This document shows positions 25,779-32,000 of a stretch of 32,000 nt of DNA, piece by piece. Source of the DNA: Candidatus Baldrarchaeota archaeon. Its GTDB lineage: Archaea > Asgardarchaeota > Baldrarchaeia > Baldrarchaeales > DXJG01. Each line of letters starts with the position of its first letter. Within the stretch, counting starts at the first letter, position 1. The notes under the pieces were generated by a model. It had not been told where the DNA came from. It ran no database searches and saw nothing but the letters and a program-made list of their open reading frames with translations. The stretch lies in assembly GCA_019056805.1 (NCBI GenBank), contig DXJG01000010.1, forward strand, positions 59,771 through 91,770. The letters are read 5' to 3'. The position numbers and the translations under genes were made by a program.

Positions 25779-27407
25779 TTATATACCTCCTAGTCCCAGA
25801 CCTATGAGACCGAGCGCTCCAAGTACAAATCCTACAGCCATTAGTATGAGAAGTGTACGAATCGGCGAGTACCCTTTCCGTATAAGATGGTATGCTAGGA
25901 AGAATATTGGCAGTGATAATATTCCTGAGAAGAGGATGCCGATAGCAGTTGTTATTGGGAATAAGGGTGTGCTTATTTTTACTATTACTGGTATAAAGGC
26001 TCCTATGACAACTAATCCTAGTAATTCTGCTCCTTCTCTCAATCTTTGGAATTTTGCGCCCATTGTTTGAAGCATTGTTAGTCCACGTTTATAACCGGTT
26101 TTTAAGCCCCAGTATCGGAATCCTAAAGTTATAGCATCAAAGAGTACGAGTCCTATGATTGGTGCTAGCATTACGACATTGTGGTATGCTAATGTTGATG
26201 CGTAAAGCAGTATCATGCCTGCAATTAAGAAGTAGAATAAGGCATCGCCAATACCAGCCATGGGTCCCATCATTGCAGCTTTAAAGTTTCTAAGTGTGTC
26301 CTCGTCTTTCCCTTGGATTTGTTCTTCTAAAGCTAAATTTGCACCTAGTATAACTGAGGTGATTATTGGGTTGCAATTAAAGAATTCTAGGTGCCGTTTC
26401 ATAGCCTTCTTTAAATCATTTTCATCTTTGTATATTTTTTTGAGTCCTGGAAGTATTGTGTAAAGATATCCAAGTGCTTGCATTCTCTCATAGTTCCATG
26501 AGGCTTCGAAAGTGAGAAATCTTAGAAAAACATTGTTAAGAGTCTTATTGTCAAGTAAAGGCTTATATGTAGAGGTTAACACACCTGCTTCTTCTTTTGT
26601 TTCATATTTTCCTCTTACTCTAAGCCATGCAACGAAGACTCCTATAATAGAGGTAATTAGAAGAGCTATCCAATCAAAGCCAGCAATTTGAACACCGTAG
26701 AGTGCAACAAGGGTAAGCAAAGAAACGATAAAACCTATTGCGAAATATATTGGTTTCTTGCGGAATGGAAGAAAGCTTAGGAGGATAGCAAGACCGACAG
26801 CTGGAAGTATGGTTGCCATTCCTGCAAGCCCGGTTAAAACCCAGCCTGCATATTTCTCCATGAAAATAACGAATTCTTCTATGTATTCTCCGCCAAGCCA
26901 TACTGCGAAGAATGTTGGGATTGCTCTGCTAAGTCCCCAGGGAATAAATCCTAGGAGATGGAAGCGTCCAACAGCTTTTAGATCTCCTTCTTCAATTTTT
27001 CTTTCTGCTGCATGTATTAAGCTAATGTTTACAGTTCTTGTTAGAATGTCAAGTTGTTGTCCTATGAATGCGACTGCTAATGCGAATCCGAAGAGAGCTG
27101 CTCCTGTTTCTGTAACTCCACCTGGCACTACTACTTCTATTCCTTGGAGAATTGCAACTGCAGTAAAGAAGAACGTTGCAGAGGTCATATCTGGCGGGAC
27201 GGAGCCACCAATTGGAATAAGACCTAATGAAATTAGTTGCATATATGCTCCTACTAATAGTCCTGTTGTCGGATCTCCAAGTATTATTCCAGTGATGAAG
27301 CCTCCAAATAAAGGTAATATTCCAAGAAGAACTTTAGGTCCTACTGCATCAACCATTGCAATAAATGCCCATATAGCTACTAATAGAGCTCCGGTTAGAA
27401 GATCCAT
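25779..27407 (-). CDS. PTS mannose-family permease, fused EIIC-EIID
   Basis: IIC half: PLFGGFITGIILGD..TGLLVGAYMQLISLG..PIGGSVPPD. IID half: EASWNYERMQALG, RHLEFFNCNP, MGPMAGIGDALF. One continuous frame. Start set at ATG 27407 after gggtgagg. Confidence 0.9.
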   Translation of the reverse strand: MDLLTGALLVAIWAFIAMVDAVGPKVLLGILPLFGGFITGIILGDPTTGLLVGAYMQLISLGLIPIGGSVPPDMTSATFFFTAVAILQGIEVVVPGGVTETGAALFGFALAVAFIGQQLDILTRTVNISLIHAAERKIEEGDLKAVGRFHLLGFIPWGLSRAIPTFFAVWLGGEYIEEFVIFMEKYAGWVLTGLAGMATILPAVGLAILLSFLPFRKKPIYFAIGFIVSLLTLVALYGVQIAGFDWIALLITSIIGVFVAWLRVRGKYETKEEAGVLTSTYKPLLDNKTLNNVFLRFLTFEASWNYERMQALGYLYTILPGLKKIYKDENDLKKAMKRHLEFFNCNPIITSVILGANLALEEQIQGKDEDTLRNFKAAMMGPMAGIGDALFYFLIAGMILLYASTLAYHNVVMLAPIIGLVLFDAITLGFRYWGLKTGYKRGLTMLQTMGAKFQRLREGAELLGLVVIGAFIPVIVKISTPLFPITTAIGILFSGILSLPIFFLAYHLIRKGYSPIRTLLILMAVGFVLGALGLIGLGLGGI

Positions 27408-27506
27408 ATCCCTCACCCACACTATTTAAAATACTTTAAAGGAGAGTCATCATATATACATGTTACTTTAATGAAATTTTATTGTTTATATTTGGAGGGC
27501 AGTCTT

Positions 27507-28673
27507 ATGGGCAAAAAACATCTTTTAATCAAGGGAGGAACTGTTATCACACCTTTTGAAATTATTGAAGACGGAGCTGTACTAATAGAAGGAGAAAAAA
27601 TCAAGAAAGTTGGAAAAATCAACGAGATAAACGTTTCTTCTTCCTTAAAAACTATTGATGTGGAGGGAAAGTATATTGTGCCTGGATTTATAGATCTCCA
27701 TACTCATGGTGGCGGTGGTTACGATATCTTGGTGGATGCAAACTATGATGCTATCAATAAATTATCTGGTTTTTATGCTATTCATGGTGTTACTTCGTTT
27801 CTTGCTACTACAGTAACAGCTCCACATGAAGTTTTAAAAAATGCAATGAAAACATTAAGGGAAGTTATTGAGAGAGGAACTGGAGGAGCGCAAATACTTG
27901 GAATACATTTGGAAGGCCCATGGATAAGTAAAAAGAAGCCTGGAGCTCAGCCGGTTCAATGGATACGTCCACCATCTTTTGAAGAATTTATGAAATTGTA
28001 CGAGGAATCTGGGAAAAATATTAAACTTGTGACAATAGCACCTGAAGAAGAAGGAGGCTTAGAATTTGTAAAAAAACTACGTGAATTAGGAGTGGTTGTA
28101 GCTATTGGTCACAGTGCAGCGAGTTACGAAGAAGTTGTGAAAGCAGTAAAATGCGGTGTTTCTCATGCAGCTCATATGTTTAATGCAATGAAAGAGCTTC
28201 ATCATAGGAAACCTGGAACTGTTGGTGCAATACTGTCAATGGATAATATAACTGCGGAGATAATTGCAGATTGCATTCATGTTCATCCTGCTGTCATAAA
28301 AATTTTGGTGAAGGCAAAAGGTACAGATAAAGTATGTTTGATTACTGATTCTACTCCTTATGCTGGTATGCCAGATGGAGAATACATGTTCGCTGGCATA
28401 ATTAAGGTCACGGTGAAGAATGGTGAGTGTAGACTTCCAACTGGCCAATTGGCAGGCAGTGTATTAACTATGGATCGTGGTGTAAAAAACATGGTTGAAA
28501 AGGTTGGAGTTTCTTTAAAAGACGCGATAAAAATGGCTTCTTATAATCCTGCAAAAGTTATAGGTGTAGATAACGTGAAGGGAAGTATAGAGGCTGGTAA
28601 AGATGCAGATATAGTAATACTTAACAAAAATCTTGAAGTTGAAATGACAATAATTCGTGGTACCTCTCTCTAA
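27507..28673 (+). CDS. nagA: N-acetylglucosamine-6-phosphate deacetylase
   Basis: PGFIDLHTHGGGG, GVTSFLATT, GIHLEGPWI, IGHS, HMFNAM, IADCIHVHP, LITDS and LAGSVLTM. ATG 27507 follows ggaggg. Confidence 0.93.
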   Translation: MGKKHLLIKGGTVITPFEIIEDGAVLIEGEKIKKVGKINEINVSSSLKTIDVEGKYIVPGFIDLHTHGGGGYDILVDANYDAINKLSGFYAIHGVTSFLATTVTAPHEVLKNAMKTLREVIERGTGGAQILGIHLEGPWISKKKPGAQPVQWIRPPSFEEFMKLYEESGKNIKLVTIAPEEEGGLEFVKKLRELGVVVAIGHSAASYEEVVKAVKCGVSHAAHMFNAMKELHHRKPGTVGAILSMDNITAEIIADCIHVHPAVIKILVKAKGTDKVCLITDSTPYAGMPDGEYMFAGIIKVTVKNGECRLPTGQLAGSVLTMDRGVKNMVEKVGVSLKDAIKMASYNPAKVIGVDNVKGSIEAGKDADIVILNKNLEVEMTIIRGTSL

Positions 28674-28685
28674 CCTAATTTTAAT

Positions 28686-29975
28686 TCAAATATTTCTTAG
28701 AAAGTCTATTATTGAATTGTAGAGTTTTTGGCTACTATCTTTATCAATTATTGCGATAGCAGATTCATAGCTTAGTGACTCGTAAGTTTCAGGAGTTGGG
28801 ATATAACCTATGTATCCGTTGGCATAGCCAGCAATTATTGTAGTTTCAAAGGGAGAGTTTTCCTTGATTTTCATACCTATTTCTGCAAATAGTTCCCCTG
28901 GTACACCAACTATTGCAATGTTGTCTCCAAATGTAATGATTTGGATCTCAATTTTAACTGTTTTTCTTTCCAGTGGTCTAAGTCTATTAAGGTATTCTTT
29001 TAAGCCTTTAAGAGCTTCGTAAATAACAGTAACTCTTCTTAAATCCGCTGGTGAGCTCTTTCTCTTTTTTAAAGCCATATACGTAGCTTTTACTTGACTT
29101 ATCATGCTATTTATTTTCTCATCTGATGGAAATCTTCTCACATGCAACTCCATATCTTTCTTATTTACTTTTATTTCATCTATTTCAATTTTTTCAGATT
29201 TTTCAATCGCTACTAGTGCATATGCCCCTACAATGTTTCCAATTCTCTCTGCCTCACTAAAAGAAGATTCACGTCTCACATATCTCGTCGATATGTCTCC
29301 TGCTGCGCTGTTAAGAAAAAGCGGCACGGAATTGCTTTTTGCTTTCTCAATAAGTGACATAGCATAACCTGGATAATCAGCGGAAATGAGAAGATTTGAT
29401 GCATCAAGTACTGTTGGATGACAAGCAAAATTAATAATTGCAGAAATAAGTTTTCCATCATTGTTATCAAATCTTATCGAAATAAGTTGTTTATCTACAG
29501 GCCCGTTTTTAACTCGGCGATTTGCAGAAGCGCCTTCAACAATAACTTTTCCTATTCGCACCTCTGCTGTTCTCATCTTTTCTACTGCATTTAATATTGA
29601 TTGATTAATTTTTGTTTTCAGAGTTGAAATCAATTTCTCGTTAGGATCGGATCTACTCGGAAATATTGTATCTCTGAAAATTCCATCTGGACCCGCATGT
29701 GTATGAGTTGCAGCAACCATAACGTTTTCTTTATCTATTCCAGTAGTTTCTTCTATATCTTCTCTAACTTCTTCTACCATTTTTCTATCAACAGCAAGTA
29801 AATCTAACGATATTATTGCAACAGTTTTTTCCCCATCATCTATTGCAAGTGATCTAACGTAAAGAGGGTCATGAACACCAATTGATAGCGAAGTTCTTTC
29901 AAGATAGCCTCCTAATGGAACACTAGAGGAAGGAGTAATATCTATTTTTGAAACACCAACTTTAATTTTCTTCAT
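28686..29975 (-). CDS. Neutral/alkaline ceramidase-like amidohydrolase (N-terminal domain family)
   Basis: GVSKIDITP, GVHDPLYVRSLA, ATHTHAGP, NFACHPTVL, ISADYPG, GDIS, VPGELF and GYANGYIGYIP. Confidence 0.85.
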   Translation of the reverse strand: MKKIKVGVSKIDITPSSSVPLGGYLERTSLSIGVHDPLYVRSLAIDDGEKTVAIISLDLLAVDRKMVEEVREDIEETTGIDKENVMVAATHTHAGPDGIFRDTIFPSRSDPNEKLISTLKTKINQSILNAVEKMRTAEVRIGKVIVEGASANRRVKNGPVDKQLISIRFDNNDGKLISAIINFACHPTVLDASNLLISADYPGYAMSLIEKAKSNSVPLFLNSAAGDISTRYVRRESSFSEAERIGNIVGAYALVAIEKSEKIEIDEIKVNKKDMELHVRRFPSDEKINSMISQVKATYMALKKRKSSPADLRRVTVIYEALKGLKEYLNRLRPLERKTVKIEIQIITFGDNIAIVGVPGELFAEIGMKIKENSPFETTIIAGYANGYIGYIPTPETYESLSYESAIAIIDKDSSQKLYNSIIDFLRNI

Positions 29976-30139
29976 TTAAATCATCCAGTGTATGTATTGA
30001 TTCTTATTTTAAATTAATAAGAGTAAAAACTTTATGGCAAACATTATCAGATATGCCAACAAAGCTTGAAGATTTTTCCTTACTTTAGTTATCGATTTAA
30101 ATTTAGTATATTGCTAAATTTAATGGTGGTGGTAAATTG

Positions 30140-30520
30140 TATTCCCCCTTCACATTAATTCACCTAATAATTTCTACATCTCTCCCACACTGGATGCTTA
30201 GTTTGGAATCAAAGTGTAAAAGACAACACTAAAGTCAACAAAAACGCAAAAAAGAAAAATAGTTACCAAAGGTGTTTATTCTATCGTTAGACATCCACAA
30301 TACCTTAAAAGGTAATTAACACGTGTTAGAACATCCTTCCCATTATCTGCATCCTATTCCTTACTTTCTATACTTCTTATAGTAGCAACTATTTATCTCA
30401 CCTCGTAGAAAAAAGAAAAGAGTCGGTTAAAGAATTTGGTGAAAACACAAAAATTATCGAAAAAGAGCGTCAATGCTTTACATCAAAATTAAAAAGAAAA
30501 AGAGAAAAAACAAACAATTA
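30140..30520 (+). pseudogene. Decayed isoprenylcysteine carboxyl methyltransferase/PEMT-family gene remnant
   Basis: IVTKGVYSIVRHPQYL at 30259-30306. KEFGE near 30429-30443 and NYRKRASML near 30452 lie in different frames, with stops between. Boundaries approximate. Confidence 0.65.
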
Positions 30521-30626
30521 AGAAGAACAAGTCGCCTGATTCTTAGATATCTTTTAGTTGTTTTGATACGCTTCAAAGTAAAAATTAAAAGTTAAAAATA
30601 CCATTTTGTCCATTATAAATAGTGTC

Positions 30627-32000
30627 ATGGTGAGTTACGTGAAAAGGATTTTTATTGCTGCAATAATTATTTTAGCTCTAATTATGGCCGTAAACATGGA
30701 TACAGCCCAAGCCCAGCCATACATCCTGGTCTGGAAACGTGCAACCGCTACTCATGTTAAGGATGTTTACCATGTTAGCGTTGCAATCTCTTCAGATGGA
30801 TCATATGTAGTTGCTGGCTCTTGGAATGACAGAATTCATTTCTACAATAGAAAAGGAAACCTAACATGGTGCTACTATACAGGATGGATAGTTGAAACTG
30901 TTGCAATCTCTTCAGATGGATCTTACGTAGTCGCCGGCTCCATTAACGATGTTTATTTCTTTGATAAAGAAGGAAATTTAATATGGACATATGCAACTGG
31001 CGGTTATGTTTGTAGCGTTGCAATCTCTTCAGATGGATCATATATGGCTGTCGGTTCCGAGGACGACAACGTCTATTTTTCTGATAGGGAGGGAATACTG
31101 TGGAGTTATACCACCGGCGACTGGGTTAAGAGCGTTGCTGTCTCTTCGGACGGATCATATGTAGTTGCTGGCTCCGAGGATGTTTATTTCTTTGATAAAG
31201 AGGGAAATCTACTGTGGAGATATGCAACTGGTAGTGTTGGTAGTGTTGCAATCTCTTCAGATGGATCTTACGTAGTCGCCGGCTCTCGGGACTACAGAAT
31301 TTATTTCTTTGATAAAGAAGGAAATCTACTATGGAATTATACTACCGGCTATTTTGTTTATAGTGTTGCAATATCTTCAAATGGATCTTACATAGCTGCT
31401 GGCTCCGCTGATGTCGTCTATTTCCTTAATGAAAAAGGAAATTTAATATGGAGTCATACTACTGGCGATGATGTTACGAGTGTTGCAATCTCTTCAGATG
31501 GATCATATGTAGTTGCTGGCTCCGAGGATAACAACGTCTATTTCTTCGATAAAGAAGGATTACTGTGGAGCTACGCTACCGACCGTGATGTTGATAGTGT
31601 TGCAATCTCTTCAGATGGATCATATGTAGCCGCTGGTTCCGGGGACAGTAATGTTTATTTCTTTGGAACTGTTCAAGCTTTGGCGAGGGATGCAATTAAT
31701 TCTGCGAGAAATGCTATTTCAGAAGCTAAGGCTCAAGGCTTCAACGTTGAAGAAGCCGAAAACCTGCTTTCCCAAGCTGAACAGGCATATGATTCGGGAG
31801 ACTACGAGCAAGCCATACAGCTTGCAGAACAAGCCGAAGCACTCGCCTTGGAGATAATTGTGGAAGCCAGTTTGGCGAGGGATGCAATTAATTCTGCGAG
31901 AAATGCTATTTCAGAAGCTAAGGCTCAAGGCTTCAACGTTGAAGAAGCCGAAAACCTGCTTTCCCAAGCTGAACAGGCATATGATTCGGGAGACTACGAG
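30627..32000 (+). CDS. Secreted/surface protein: signal peptide, 8-bladed WD40-like beta-propeller, tandem helical repeats; runs off the window end
   Basis: My translation shows an open frame from ATG 30627 (or GTG 30639) to 32000 without a stop: MKRIFIAAIIILALIMAVNMDTAQA, eight VAISSDGSYVVAGS repeats, then LARDAINSARNAISEAKAQG repeats. The ORF is not in the supplied track. Confidence 0.85.
   Translation, partial: MVSYVKRIFIAAIIILALIMAVNMDTAQAQPYILVWKRATATHVKDVYHVSVAISSDGSYVVAGSWNDRIHFYNRKGNLTWCYYTGWIVETVAISSDGSYVVAGSINDVYFFDKEGNLIWTYATGGYVCSVAISSDGSYMAVGSEDDNVYFSDREGILWSYTTGDWVKSVAVSSDGSYVVAGSEDVYFFDKEGNLLWRYATGSVGSVAISSDGSYVVAGSRDYRIYFFDKEGNLLWNYTTGYFVYSVAISSNGSYIAAGSADVVYFLNEKGNLIWSHTTGDDVTSVAISSDGSYVVAGSEDNNVYFFDKEGLLWSYATDRDVDSVAISSDGSYVAAGSGDSNVYFFGTVQALARDAINSARNAISEAKAQGFNVEEAENLLSQAEQAYDSGDYEQAIQLAEQAEALALEIIVEASLARDAINSARNAISEAKAQGFNVEEAENLLSQAEQAYDSGDYE
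30780..31660 (+). repeat. Eight intragenic WD40-like repeats (111-120 bp period)
   Basis: Units start at 30780, 30900, 31017, 31134, 31245, 31365, 31482 and 31599. The 23-mer gttgcaatctcttcagatggatc is exact in six of the eight. Confidence 0.92.
31679..32000 (+). repeat. Perfect 192-bp (64-aa) intragenic tandem repeat
   Basis: 31679-31808 is identical to 31871-32000. The second copy is cut by the window edge. Confidence 0.95.

Noticed and set aside
28686-29975. True ceramidase implying sphingolipid metabolism
   Set aside because: Only the widespread N-terminal amidohydrolase-type family is recognisable, and the sugar-PTS context favours a different amide substrate.
30780-31660. Regularly spaced 23-bp repeats resembling a CRISPR array
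   Set aside because: The spacings are 111-120 bp, all multiples of 3, inside one open frame, and the 'spacers' are homologous to each other. No cas genes are present. These are coding WD40-like repeats.
31651-31857. 68-aa ORF in the supplied track
   Set aside because: It is an out-of-frame shadow of the long propeller/helical-repeat ORF that runs off the window.

Overview
AT-rich archaeal genomic window with strong GAGGTG/GGGGTG ribosome-binding sites, archaeal-type AOR, VapBC, GvpD/KaiC-like and PH1308-like genes, and a C4H2C2 RING protein. The RING protein suggests an Asgard-type or related lineage, which is inference only. Gene content left to right: 5'-truncated ThDP enzyme, tungsten-family aldehyde:ferredoxin oxidoreductase, HDAC-family deacetylase, VapBC pair, membrane protein, galK-like/galT, isoaspartyl peptidase, DUF3795-like Cys protein, flavodiiron protein and rubredoxin, a compact nitrogenase-like triad (single D/E-like subunit, NifH-like, NifB), OB-fold protein, MBL-fold protein, second VapBC pair, class V aminotransferase, GvpD/KaiC-like ATPase, membrane M28 peptidase, a beta-helix/Ig/TM/RING protein, a mannose-family PTS amino-sugar locus (IIA, IIB, fused IIC-IID, UPF0309 SIS protein, NagA, ceramidase-like amidase), a decayed ICMT/PEMT gene, and a 3'-truncated secreted 8-bladed propeller with a perfect 192-bp tandem repeat (absent from the ORF track). 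Best candidates for undescribed biology: (1) the three-gene D-H-B nitrogenase-like module, whose single catalytic subunit appears by eye to keep both FeMo-cofactor ligand equivalents as well as the three N-terminal cluster cysteines; (2) a receptor-like single-pass RING E3-ligase candidate; (3) an archaeal PTS plus NagS-like/NagA/ceramidase-like pathway. All family calls come from motif recognition by eye; no database searches were run.
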